A stretch of DNA of 64,000 bases, from NCBI GenBank assembly GCA_964571095.1, contig CAZNAC010000003.1, forward strand, positions 11,840-75,839, in the 5' to 3' direction. This document shows positions 1 through 9,822 of this stretch, piece after piece (within the stretch, counting starts at the first letter, position 1; each line of letters starts with the position of its first letter). A program made the position numbers and the translations under genes. The notes under the pieces are model-generated. The model worked only from the letters and a program-made list of their open reading frames with translations, was not told where the DNA came from and did no database searches. This DNA is from an uncultured Clostridium sp. GTDB lineage: Bacteria; Bacillota; Clostridia; Oscillospirales; Acutalibacteraceae.

Positions 1-641
1 CCGAAAATATTTCCGATTCTTCATTTTCTATGTGTTACCTCAGAGAAAGTGATAAAAATTGGTTGGAAAAAAAATTTCCCGATAAATGGGATTTTTACAG
101 AACAGACGGTTCGGATGAATACATATGCAATGTTTCGGAGTATACCTCATTATGCGGAAGTAAATTTTCCGAAATACGAAGAAAAATCAGGAAAATCAAC
201 AGGGAATGCAATATTACGATTCGCGAGATATCCGAGGAAACTTTATCTGATGCGATTTATGTTGTAAATAATTGGAATACGGCAGAACACAGCATCGGAG
301 AAAACGGAGTGACGGATTCGAACGTTGCGGAATTTGCATTGAATGAAAGAAAAAGCCTTGATATTAACGGCATAATAGTCTATTCCGATTGTGTTCCTAT
401 CAGCGTTTTCGCAGGTTTTCCCTTGAGCGATGATACGGTAGATGTGTTAATCGGAAAATGCACATCGGATGCACCGAAAGGAACGGCATACTATGCACTT
501 CGAGAGTATCTTCATAGTTTAAACGGCAAATATATTTTTTGCAATCACGAGGAAGATTTGGGAATCGAAGGCATAAGACAAATGAAAAGTAGCCTTTTTC
601 CCTGCAAAAAAAATGAGATGTGGGAGGCTGTTTTAAAGTGA
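1..641 (+). CDS. DUF2156 / MprF C-terminal-like domain protein (GNAT-fold, aminoacyl-tRNA-dependent transferase family); 5' end probably outside the window
   Basis: The frame is open from the window edge, with no stop between nt 3 and 29. The C-terminal block NHEEDLGIEGIRQMKSSLFP matches the conserved end of the DUF2156/LPG-synthase-C family. Stop TGA 639-641 overlaps the next gene's GTG (GTGA). Confidence 0.7.
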   Translation, partial: ENISDSSFSMCYLRESDKNWLEKKFPDKWDFYRTDGSDEYICNVSEYTSLCGSKFSEIRRKIRKINRECNITIREISEETLSDAIYVVNNWNTAEHSIGENGVTDSNVAEFALNERKSLDINGIIVYSDCVPISVFAGFPLSDDTVDVLIGKCTSDAPKGTAYYALREYLHSLNGKYIFCNHEEDLGIEGIRQMKSSLFPCKKNEMWEAVLK

Positions 642-2374
642 CAAAAAAGGATTATTTTATACCGAGAATGTTTTATCGCTTGCTTGTTCCGTCCGTTGTT
701 TCGTCATTGGGATTTGCTTTGGCAGATATGGCAGATGCTCTTGTTGTCGGTCAAAAGCTCGGTGAAGTCGGACTTGCCGCTATCAGTCTTTGTTTGCCGA
801 TTTTTATGCTCATCAACCTTTTTATGGACGGCTTCGGAATCGGCGGAAGCGTTATGTTTTCGCAAAAGCTCGGTGAAGGAAACATTGATAAGGCTCGCGA
901 TTGCTTTAACCGCACATGGACGGTAACTCTTTTATTCGGTATTTTTATTGCCGTTGGAGTAAATTTATTCATCGAGCCTTGCCTTAATCTTCTCGGAACA
1001 AAGCAGTCGGACGGTGAAGTATATTTTGCTTGCAAAGAGTATGTAAGAATAATATCCGCCGGTGCTCCCCTTTTGATGCTCAACGTTGTGTTTTCAAATT
1101 TTTTGAGAAATGATAACAATGCAAAGCTTGCATCGGCAGGTTTTTTAATCGGAAATGCAACAGATATTATATTGAATATACTTTTTGTTTTGTTTTTTAA
1201 TTTCGGAACAAAAGGTGCGGCACTCTCGACCGTAATCGGTTCCGCTGTTGCAATTGCGATTTATTCGTTTGGTATAGTCGGTAAAAAAGCCGATACACTC
1301 AAAATCAAAAGCTTCTCAATTAATTTGGCAGAAACTTTCGGATATTTTAAAACCGGCTTTTCAACATCCGTTCGTAATATTTTTCAATTGATTTTCTTTT
1401 TGATTATCAACAGGCTTCTTATGGAAAATTCCGGTGAAAACGGTGTTGCGATTTTCGATGTTGTTTTCAATGTTTCGTTTTTTATTATTTATATTTACAA
1501 TGGCATTTCCGAAGCCGCTCAACCACTCATCAGCACATTTACGGGAGAAAACAACGAAAGCGATTGCAAATATGTTTTTAAGCTTTCAAAGATATCTGCA
1601 TTGATTTCCGGCACATTGGTTACCGTTCTTATTATGTTTAATGCCGAGTCTGTTTCCGCATTTTTCGGAATTTCGGAAAATCTTATGCCCGAAAGCGGTA
1701 TGGCGATCAGAATATACTTTCTCGGATTTGCTTTTTCCGCATTAAATGTTATCGGTGAAAAATATTATCAGTCCAAAGATGAATTTGCACCGTCGTTTTT
1801 TATCGTATTGATGCGAGAGTTTGTCGTACTTATTGCCTGTGCCGTTTTATTTTCAAAGCTGAACTTTTCGGCAATATGGTTTATGTATCCCGTAACCGAG
1901 CTGGTAACATACATCCTATTTAAAATATTCTATCATCTGACGAAAAAAAGCAATAACGAATTTGACGAAAACAGGATTCTCCGTATAACACTCGAAAATT
2001 CGGAAAGCAATATGGAAACAGTGTTAAGCGACAGCAGCGAATTTTGCAAGAAATGGAACTCGGATGCAAAGCAGGAATATGCGGTTTTATTGGTAATCGA
2101 GGAAATATGTATGTCGATTATGCGTAATGCAATGAAAGATATTTCCAACGGTAAAATCCGTATAACACTGCTTGCACTTGAAAACGGCGATTTTGTTCTT
2201 AATATTCTTGATAATGCCGTTGAATTTAATCCGTTTTCATTCAAAACAAATAAAATAAACAGCGAAAATGATTTTGACATAGACGAAATCAGTATGACTA
2301 TGATAAAAAACAAAGCAAAGAAATTTATGTATCGCAAATGTAGCGGCTTCAACTCACTTGTGATACAAATTTAA
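638..2374 (+). CDS. MATE family efflux transporter with a ~133-aa C-terminal GHKL/anti-sigma-kinase-like (apparently degenerate) domain
   Basis: Multi-TM hydrophobic core with a MATE-type N-terminus (LLVPSVVSSLGFALADMADALVVGQ..GLAAISL). The soluble tail at nt 1973-2371 aligns with the C-terminal domain of the next gene. Start placed at GTG 638 because of GGGAGG at 622-627 and the GTGA overlap with the upstream stop. In-frame GTG 620 is also possible. Confidence 0.8.
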   Translation: MTKKDYFIPRMFYRLLVPSVVSSLGFALADMADALVVGQKLGEVGLAAISLCLPIFMLINLFMDGFGIGGSVMFSQKLGEGNIDKARDCFNRTWTVTLLFGIFIAVGVNLFIEPCLNLLGTKQSDGEVYFACKEYVRIISAGAPLLMLNVVFSNFLRNDNNAKLASAGFLIGNATDIILNILFVLFFNFGTKGAALSTVIGSAVAIAIYSFGIVGKKADTLKIKSFSINLAETFGYFKTGFSTSVRNIFQLIFFLIINRLLMENSGENGVAIFDVVFNVSFFIIYIYNGISEAAQPLISTFTGENNESDCKYVFKLSKISALISGTLVTVLIMFNAESVSAFFGISENLMPESGMAIRIYFLGFAFSALNVIGEKYYQSKDEFAPSFFIVLMREFVVLIACAVLFSKLNFSAIWFMYPVTELVTYILFKIFYHLTKKSNNEFDENRILRITLENSESNMETVLSDSSEFCKKWNSDAKQEYAVLLVIEEICMSIMRNAMKDISNGKIRITLLALENGDFVLNILDNAVEFNPFSFKTNKINSENDFDIDEISMTMIKNKAKKFMYRKCSGFNSLVIQI

Positions 2375-2387
2375 GGAGGAATATCGG

Positions 2388-4475
2388 TTGAAAATGTCAC
2401 TTAAAGTAAAAGCAATAGCCGTTATACTTATATTTACAGTTATTCTTTCATCGTGTATTGTTTTTATCAGCTATAAAACTTATACAGACAGTTTTGAAAA
2501 GCATTACAGTTCTCTTGCACTCTCGATTTCAAAATCAACCGCAACTGTTATAGATTCAAAAAAAGTTAAAACCATCGCCGATGAAGTTGAAAAAACATAC
2601 AATTCGATTCTTGACGAAAACGGAGGAAGCATTGATTTTGACAGCTTTTCCGAGGATGATTTTGAAAAATATTTCGCTCGCTTTGAATATGTTACGGAGT
2701 TGCCGGAATATAATGAGCTGCTCGACATTCTCACTAAGCTGAGATTGGATAACGATGCCGAATCGCTGTATTTGGGATATACCGATATCGAAACTATGAG
2801 GGATGTTTACCTTGTTGATTCGAGTGCTGAAATGTCGTGCTATCCCGGAACGTGCGATGATGTCAGACCGGAGCATATCGAAAAAATAAAAGCCGGTGAT
2901 TATGAGTTCCCCGCTTTTATAACCAATTATCCGGAATACGGTTGGCTGTGCTCGGCATCTGCTCCGATTACAGATTCGGACGGAAGTGTTATAGGCGTTG
3001 CTTTGGTTGATATCTCAATGAACAAAATAATGCAAGACAGGCAAGGCTTTCTTTTAAGTCTTATTCTTATAACCGCAATAGCGGCACTGATTGTTGTTTT
3101 GCTTGTTTCGCTTTTGGTAAACAAATCCATGCTTAAGCCTATTAACATTTTAAGCACTGCGGCAAGCTCTTTTGTAACAAACAAAAAAGACGGCTCCAAC
3201 GCTACTGCAACCGAAATTCAAAAACTGAATATTAAAACAGGTGATGAAATTCAAATGCTTTCCGAATCCGTTAAAAAGATGGAAGAGGATATCAATACAT
3301 ATATCGAGGAATTGACTTCCGCTACAGCCGAAAAAGAGAGAATCGGTGCAGAGCTTGATGTTGCAAATCGTATTCAGGCATCGATGCTGCCCTGTATCTT
3401 CCCTGCATTTCCCGAAAGAAAAGAATTTGATATTTACGCAACAATGACTCCTGCAAAAGAAGTCGGCGGTGATTTTTACGATTTCTTTATGGTTGACGAA
3501 GATAATCTTGCAATAGTAATGGCTGATGTTTCGGGAAAAGGTGTTCCTGCGGCATTGTTTATGGTCATCGGAAAAACACTCATCAAAGACCATACAACCT
3601 CCGGCAAGGATTTGGGAGATGTATTCACAGAGGTTAATCAGCTACTTTGTGAAGCAAACAGCGAAGAGCTTTTTATCACCGCATTTGTCGGCGTATTAAA
3701 TCTTAAAACAGGTGTTTTCCGCTATGTTAACGCCGGACACGAAATTCCTTTCATTGCCAAGAAAAACGAAAAATTTAAGCCTTATAAAATTCGTGCGGCA
3801 TTTGTCCTTGCGGGTATGGACGGAATCAAGTATAAAGCGGGTGAATTGCAGATTGAACCCGGTGATAAAATTTTCCAATATACCGATGGTGTTACCGAAG
3901 CAATGAACGAAAACAACGAATTATTCGGTATGGATGAACTTGAAAAGACTCTCGGAAAACTGTCTGACAAAACACCGAGCGAAATACTTAAAGGCGTAAA
4001 AAACGATGTTGATAAATTCGTAGGAGATGCGGAGCAATTCGATGATATTACAATGCTTTGTTTGGAATACTTAGGAGAACCCGAAGCTTTCAAATCGGTT
4101 GATTTGTCATTGTCGAATATTTCCAATCTCACAAGCTTTGTTGAGGATACTTTAAAAACTTATGAAGTATCTCCGTCAACAATTATTAAGATGAATATTG
4201 CTCTTGATGAAATATATTCAAATATTGTTAAGTTTTCCGGTGCATCCTATGCCAAGATTTTCTGCGGAGTAAAAGATGGCAATGCATATATCCGTTTTGA
4301 AGATGACGGAATCCGTTATAATCCGTTGGAAAAAGAGGATACGGATATCACACTCAGTGCTCAGGAACGTGAAATCGGAGGACTCGGAATTTTTATGGTC
4401 AAAAAAAGTATGGATACAATTGAATATGATTACAAGGATTCAAAAAACATCCTTACTCTTTTTAAGAAAAAATAA
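2388..4475 (+). CDS. Membrane sensor PP2C (SpoIIE/RsbU-family) protein phosphatase with C-terminal RsbW/SpoIIAB-like ATPase domain
   Basis: N-terminal TM, ~200-aa extracytoplasmic region, second TM, HAMP-like linker, then a PP2C/SpoIIE core (EVGGDFYDF, MADVSGKGVPAAL, DDITML). The C-terminal 128 aa carry N-box EIYSNIV, G1 EDDGIRYNP and G2 EIGGLGIFMV. RBS AAGGAGG at 2373-2379. Start is TTG 2388 or ATG 2394. Confidence 0.85.
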   Translation: MKMSLKVKAIAVILIFTVILSSCIVFISYKTYTDSFEKHYSSLALSISKSTATVIDSKKVKTIADEVEKTYNSILDENGGSIDFDSFSEDDFEKYFARFEYVTELPEYNELLDILTKLRLDNDAESLYLGYTDIETMRDVYLVDSSAEMSCYPGTCDDVRPEHIEKIKAGDYEFPAFITNYPEYGWLCSASAPITDSDGSVIGVALVDISMNKIMQDRQGFLLSLILITAIAALIVVLLVSLLVNKSMLKPINILSTAASSFVTNKKDGSNATATEIQKLNIKTGDEIQMLSESVKKMEEDINTYIEELTSATAEKERIGAELDVANRIQASMLPCIFPAFPERKEFDIYATMTPAKEVGGDFYDFFMVDEDNLAIVMADVSGKGVPAALFMVIGKTLIKDHTTSGKDLGDVFTEVNQLLCEANSEELFITAFVGVLNLKTGVFRYVNAGHEIPFIAKKNEKFKPYKIRAAFVLAGMDGIKYKAGELQIEPGDKIFQYTDGVTEAMNENNELFGMDELEKTLGKLSDKTPSEILKGVKNDVDKFVGDAEQFDDITMLCLEYLGEPEAFKSVDLSLSNISNLTSFVEDTLKTYEVSPSTIIKMNIALDEIYSNIVKFSGASYAKIFCGVKDGNAYIRFEDDGIRYNPLEKEDTDITLSAQEREIGGLGIFMVKKSMDTIEYDYKDSKNILTLFKKK

Positions 4476-4517
4476 TTATTCAAAATTTTCTATGTAAATT
4501 TTGCGAGAAGGTTTAAA

Positions 4518-5723
4518 ATGTCGGTTGCTTCACAGGAAAAAAGAGAAAACAAAATTATATTCATCTGCTGGCTTGCATACACGGCGGCATATGTCGGAAG
4601 ACTGAATTTTAATGCATCGATCGTGGCTGTCATTTCAGATCTCGGTGCCACAAAAGCTCAAGCAGGGCTGGTCAGCTCGTTCTTTTTCTTTGCTTACGGT
4701 GCGGGACAATTGATAAACGGTATTTTGTCAAAAAAATACAATGCAAAAATAATGATATTTTTGTCCCTGATTTTTTCTGCTGCGTTAAATATTTTAATGC
4801 CGATTTGTAATGATATTTCAATAATGAAATTCATATGGATGGGTAACGGAATAGTTCAATCGGTTCTTTGGAGTACACTGATAAAAACTATTTCGGAATA
4901 TGTTTCGGATAAAAAGCTCCCGAAAGCGATACTTGCAATGAGCACGACTGTTGCGGTCGGAACATTCGCCGCATACGGATTATCTTCTTTATCCGTTAAA
5001 GCAGGTAATTGGAGAACGGTATTTTTTATCGCCTCCACTGTACTTGTTATCAGCTCCTTGATTTGGTTATCACTATTCGGAAATGTACCGAAGAAAGTAT
5101 CTCAAGCATCGGAAGCAAACGAACAAAAAATCCATATTGCAAAGCCTGTTTTGATTTCTCTTTTTCTTGCGGCATTTGCCGGAATCGCAAACGGATTTAT
5201 AAAAGACGGTATTAATACCTGGGTACCGTCCGTGCTTTATGAAGAATTTGATGTATCACAATCTTTTTCTATTCTCTTAACACTGCTCTTACCTATGGTT
5301 TCAACAATGGGTGCCGCTATAGCAAAAAAAATTCACGAAAAAATTAAATCTCACGCTGTAATGAATTTTATTTTTTATACATTTTCGGCGTTGCTTTGTG
5401 CGGGAATCTTGATTTCATTAAAGCTTCGCAGTATTGTATTTATAATGATTTGTTTTATCTGTGTTGCTTGCGGTATGTCAATGATAAATAATGTTATTAC
5501 AAGTATGTTTGCACTTGATTACCGCAGGATGCTCAATGCCGGATTTGCGGCAGGACTGCTCAACACATTTTGCTATGTCGGCAGTACGATAACATCATAC
5601 ACACTTGGTGCGGTATCGCAAAAAAACGGCTGGAATGCTGTTTTTATGATAATGCTTTGTGTATGCGTTGCCGCTGCCTGCATATGCTCCATAGGCATTA
5701 TAAGTGAGAAAAAATCAAAATAA
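4518..5723 (+). CDS. MFS transporter (sugar-phosphate/GlpT-UhpC-like)
   Basis: About 12 hydrophobic segments. N-terminal AYVGRLNFNASIV...FFFFAYGAGQLINGILSKKY is typical of organophosphate:Pi antiporter-like MFS proteins. Confidence 0.75.
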   Translation: MSVASQEKRENKIIFICWLAYTAAYVGRLNFNASIVAVISDLGATKAQAGLVSSFFFFAYGAGQLINGILSKKYNAKIMIFLSLIFSAALNILMPICNDISIMKFIWMGNGIVQSVLWSTLIKTISEYVSDKKLPKAILAMSTTVAVGTFAAYGLSSLSVKAGNWRTVFFIASTVLVISSLIWLSLFGNVPKKVSQASEANEQKIHIAKPVLISLFLAAFAGIANGFIKDGINTWVPSVLYEEFDVSQSFSILLTLLLPMVSTMGAAIAKKIHEKIKSHAVMNFIFYTFSALLCAGILISLKLRSIVFIMICFICVACGMSMINNVITSMFALDYRRMLNAGFAAGLLNTFCYVGSTITSYTLGAVSQKNGWNAVFMIMLCVCVAAACICSIGIISEKKSK

Positions 5724-5798
5724 TTTTTCTGAATATCGAAAACGAGCAATTGCAAATAATGCAGTTGCTCGTTTTCAAGTTTATTGTGTTTTTAAACC

Positions 5799-8447
5799 TT
5801 ATTTGATCGCTTCAAATATTCTGTCACGACAGTTTTTGTCATTATGAAGGAAAAAGCCGTTCATTTTTTTCGAATATTTTTCTTCCGGCTCCCCTCTCCT
5901 GTTAATCATATTGCAAAGATTGGAAACTGCACTTTCGGCATCAACGGCAAGAGGTCCAAAGCCTTCCTCCAATGGCAAATCAAGCTTTCTGTAATCATTC
6001 ATACCGGCTTTAAACATATCATTATCGGGAACAAAATACATCATTGTTTTGTTAAGATAAACAAAATCAAAACAGAAAGATGAAAAATCGGTAATAAATA
6101 TTTTGTAGCTCTTTTCATCAACGGATTTATCGGCAATTCTTATTCTTTTACCATTGAGTTCATAAAGAGGAATATAATCGGCAAAAATCGGATGAAGCTT
6201 AAAATCAAGATACCAATCATTTTTCTCAAGGCATTCTTCAAGCTCTTTGCTGTGAAGAAAATCATATGTTTCTTTGAAAAACAGACTTTTTGTAAACTTG
6301 TCGGGTGTTGCAAAAAAAGAACCGGTTGCATCAACACCTACAAGATATTTTCTCCAAGTGGGAGCAAAGAGAATCTTATTTTCGGATTGAATTGACTCAA
6401 AATCCATAAAGTCGTATCTTGGCATTCCGGCAGGAATCAAATCACATTCACGAAAGCCATAATTTTCGACCATATTTTTTGCTTCAAAACCGGTTGAAAT
6501 AACTTCTCTGTCAACAAAATTCAACCGGTCATTTGAATATTTCCACGGCAAGAAGGCGTGAAGCACACCGTGCTGGAGATAAATAATTTCCGCTTTGAAT
6601 AAATCGACATAGTATTTCCATAACGGAGCAAGAAACGGACAGAAGTTTCCGTATTCGGCAAAAGCGGTAATAATTTTTTCGCTTGCAAGAAAAAGTCGCT
6701 TATGCTTTAAAGAACCGAATTTAACAATATTTTTTCTTTGTTTTGAAGTGAAAAGCTCTTTTCTGTCCATATCATCATTGACGATATAATATCTTTCAAC
6801 ACCGTCATCAATATCGAAGTCATGAATGAACTGATAATAGCCGTTGTCTTTGTAAACATTTTTGCAATCGTAATAAAGCCACACTCTGCTGTTTGAGTAG
6901 TGATTTTTACAAAGCATACGCCATGCAACAGTTCTCGGTTTGCGAAGCAGAAGCCATTTTTCATATTTTAATGTTTCGGATTTTTCTTCCGCAGCAGAAG
7001 AAATAAAGCTGTTAAATCCGTTTTGCTTTGAAACAAATTTATAGCCGTTGCGGAATATTACACTTCTGCCGGAACCGTTTCCGAAAGGAGTATTAAAAAT
7101 AAATTCCAAACGTACGGGGATTCTGTTTTCACCGAGAATAACCGTAAAAAATACACACGAATATTTTTTGTAATTCCAATCAAAGCGAATACGCCAGAAT
7201 TTATTGGTTTTGATTTTAACATGATAATAATCCCACGATGAGTTTTCTGCGTTAAGCTCAACAACTTTCGTCTCGTTCTTACCAATAAAATGAGCATAAA
7301 TCTTGGGCTTATCACAGAAAGAAAAAACAGGCGACCTTAAAAAAGCATCAATATATGTTTTTTCGTTATCAACTTTAAATCTGCAAACCGTGAGCGGAAT
7401 ATTACCCTCAAAAAACAACGGGGCATCGTCCTTTATCAGGGAAACACCCGCACAGCTTGATTTTACGGTCAAAGCATCGTGATTTTTAAGACCGATCATA
7501 AAAAATTTATGAGGTGTCTCAACCGTAGGGTGTTTAAGAATAACCTCATCGTCAATTCTTTTTAGCAGTTTGCATATTCTTTCTTTTGCAAGGTTAAATT
7601 CTTCGGTATCATAGTGATACGGTAAGAGTATATCCGAACGGGTTTTCCAATTAACATCGTTAACATATAATGCCTGTATATAAGGAGGAACTTTGTCTCC
7701 ATATGAATCAAAAAGCTTCTCCCAGAAAGCCATTGTTGTTTCAAAAATATAATAAGAATAAAAGATTGTATTGGTAATACTCGAAGGATTTTTGGTATAA
7801 AGATACTGTGCACCGGTGCAGTATCCGATTTTCATTTTATCACGCAAGACATCAATGTTATATTTTTGGTCTTCGTGGCGGAAATTTTCGGTAACGTCAA
7901 ACAGAATATTGTCCTTGCCTTTATTTTTTACACAAACATTAACATTTGTTTGACTGATATAAACATTTTCGGGCAGAGTAAGATCGTAAATGCCTTCATA
8001 TGGCATATACTTATATCTGAAATGGAGAGAACCGATTGGTTTTCCGTTATATACGGGAACAATTTTATAGGTGACTAAATCAACCTCGTCTTCATATTTA
8101 TCAAAAAATTTAACAAGGTTTTCAAGCGAATTCGGTGTTAATTCATCGTCCGGATCGAGAAAAACAAAATATTTTCCTTGAGCCTTATTAATTCCGAAAT
8201 TTCTTGTTTTTGAAAGTCCCTCATTTTCTTTTGAAAAAAGTTTAAAAAACGGGTACTTGTCCACATAACGCTTGCATATTGACTCACTGTTATCGGGAGA
8301 ACCGTCAACAATAAGTAAAACTTCCAAATCATTTTTATCTATGCTTTGTTTAATAAGGGATTCCAAGCAATTCACAATATATTTTTCAACATTGTAAATA
8401 GGAACTATTACCGAAATTTTGTATTTGTACAATTCAATCACACTCAT
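5799..8447 (-). CDS. Bifunctional family-2 glycosyltransferase / CDP-glycerol glycerophosphotransferase (TagF/TarF-like)
   Basis: N-terminal GT2 motifs (VIVPIYNVEKYI, DGSPDNS, LDPDD). The C-terminal half has the TagF-family motif ILFAPTWR and surrounding conservation. The ATGA overlap with the upstream gene is at 8444-8447. Confidence 0.8.
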   Translation of the reverse strand: MSVIELYKYKISVIVPIYNVEKYIVNCLESLIKQSIDKNDLEVLLIVDGSPDNSESICKRYVDKYPFFKLFSKENEGLSKTRNFGINKAQGKYFVFLDPDDELTPNSLENLVKFFDKYEDEVDLVTYKIVPVYNGKPIGSLHFRYKYMPYEGIYDLTLPENVYISQTNVNVCVKNKGKDNILFDVTENFRHEDQKYNIDVLRDKMKIGYCTGAQYLYTKNPSSITNTIFYSYYIFETTMAFWEKLFDSYGDKVPPYIQALYVNDVNWKTRSDILLPYHYDTEEFNLAKERICKLLKRIDDEVILKHPTVETPHKFFMIGLKNHDALTVKSSCAGVSLIKDDAPLFFEGNIPLTVCRFKVDNEKTYIDAFLRSPVFSFCDKPKIYAHFIGKNETKVVELNAENSSWDYYHVKIKTNKFWRIRFDWNYKKYSCVFFTVILGENRIPVRLEFIFNTPFGNGSGRSVIFRNGYKFVSKQNGFNSFISSAAEEKSETLKYEKWLLLRKPRTVAWRMLCKNHYSNSRVWLYYDCKNVYKDNGYYQFIHDFDIDDGVERYYIVNDDMDRKELFTSKQRKNIVKFGSLKHKRLFLASEKIITAFAEYGNFCPFLAPLWKYYVDLFKAEIIYLQHGVLHAFLPWKYSNDRLNFVDREVISTGFEAKNMVENYGFRECDLIPAGMPRYDFMDFESIQSENKILFAPTWRKYLVGVDATGSFFATPDKFTKSLFFKETYDFLHSKELEECLEKNDWYLDFKLHPIFADYIPLYELNGKRIRIADKSVDEKSYKIFITDFSSFCFDFVYLNKTMMYFVPDNDMFKAGMNDYRKLDLPLEEGFGPLAVDAESAVSNLCNMINRRGEPEEKYSKKMNGFFLHNDKNCRDRIFEAIK

Positions 8448-9541
8448 TCTGTTGATTTTATTTTTTTAATGGGAGGATTAACGATATAATTCAATAACAC
8501 GGAAAAAATTTTGAGCGATAAAAACAAAGTAACAACCACAGATAAAACAATCGGTACTATAATCGAAAAATCCCCGAAAATTCTATCAAAATAGGATTTA
8601 CAATCGAAACAAGAATACAAAACATAAATAAACACATAATGGAAAGAGTAAACGGCAAGTGTTCTTTGACCTGATTTTACAATAAAATCAGATTTACATT
8701 TATTGGGAGCTAAAACAATTACGCTGCAACTCACAAGTCCCGAAACAATATAATAAATCAACCTTATAATTAACCCGTTTTGCTTTTGTTCGCCTAAAGC
8801 GGAAAAAGGATTAACGCCCGTAATGAGAGGTCTTAACCAATATAAGTTATCTGCAAAGCAGAAAACAACAACCGCAAATACCGCTAAAATTATCGAAGCA
8901 CAAATCTTTTGCGTTTTTCCATCACAAAAATCTTCAACCTTTTTATGATCGGAAATATATCCCAAATAGAAAAAAGGATAAAAAACAATTATTCTTGATA
9001 AGGACAGAAAAGAATCGATTTGCGAATCATAGCCGGAAATGCAAGCGAGTAAAACAGAGAACGACAATACATACACAGGTGAAAAATCTTTAACAAAAAT
9101 TGTAATAACAATGAAAGCTGAAAGTGCAAGCATAAACCACGGAAGTCCCCCTTCCGTAAAAATGCTGATTGCGGGTTTTTGTCCTATAAATACTTTAATC
9201 AAAAAAATAAAGAATTTCAGAAAAACATACAAGAAAAGATATCCGAAAATTCTGCTTTTATCCTTTTCATTTATAGCCCTTTTTGAAAAAAGACCGCAAA
9301 CAAATATAAAAACAGGCATATGAAACGTGTAAATAAAAAGAAATATACCTTTCATTTGCACCGAGCTGTCTACATAATAGTCTGCAAAATGTCCTAAAAC
9401 AACTAAAAAAATCATAGTAAATTTCAGAATATCCCATTTTTGAATACGGGGATTTACTGCGAGTGTATTCGCTGATTTTTCCAAAAAAATTTCTCCTTGT
9501 ATAATTTTTGATATATTATATAGTATCGTTTGCTTTTTCAT
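8444..9541 (-). CDS. Acyltransferase family 3 (membrane O-acyltransferase)
   Basis: About 10 TM segments. N-terminal RIQKWDILKFTMIFLVVLGHF is typical of Acyl_transf_3. The start is uncertain: ATG 9541, TTG 9484 (preceded by AAGGAG) or the ORF-track start at 9580. Confidence 0.75.
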   Translation of the reverse strand: MKKQTILYNISKIIQGEIFLEKSANTLAVNPRIQKWDILKFTMIFLVVLGHFADYYVDSSVQMKGIFLFIYTFHMPVFIFVCGLFSKRAINEKDKSRIFGYLFLYVFLKFFIFLIKVFIGQKPAISIFTEGGLPWFMLALSAFIVITIFVKDFSPVYVLSFSVLLACISGYDSQIDSFLSLSRIIVFYPFFYLGYISDHKKVEDFCDGKTQKICASIILAVFAVVVFCFADNLYWLRPLITGVNPFSALGEQKQNGLIIRLIYYIVSGLVSCSVIVLAPNKCKSDFIVKSGQRTLAVYSFHYVFIYVLYSCFDCKSYFDRIFGDFSIIVPIVLSVVVTLFLSLKIFSVLLNYIVNPPIKKIKSTE

Positions 9542-9796
9542 CCGCAAATTAATACAACACACAAAAATTAACCGAAGCATCGCTTCGGTGACTATATTTT
9601 ACACTATAACAGTAAAAAAATCAATACATATTTTTAATTGTATTTCTCTGATTCGTTATCAAACATATATTACACCAACATCTATAACTTCAAATCGAGA
9701 TTTCATTTTTTAATTGCTTGAAATTTTATGATACCAATATTGTTTCAACATATTTCACTTTCAACTCAGTTTGATTTAACATAAAAAACATAAAAA

Positions 9797-9822
9797 TCCC
9801 GTTCTGTTCAGAACGAGATTTT
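9797..9822 (-). terminator. Putative terminator downstream of tRNA-Leu
   Basis: On the minus strand there is a 6-bp stem (cgttct/agaacg), a 4-nt loop, and a T-run three nt later. The hairpin is weak. Confidence 0.45.
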
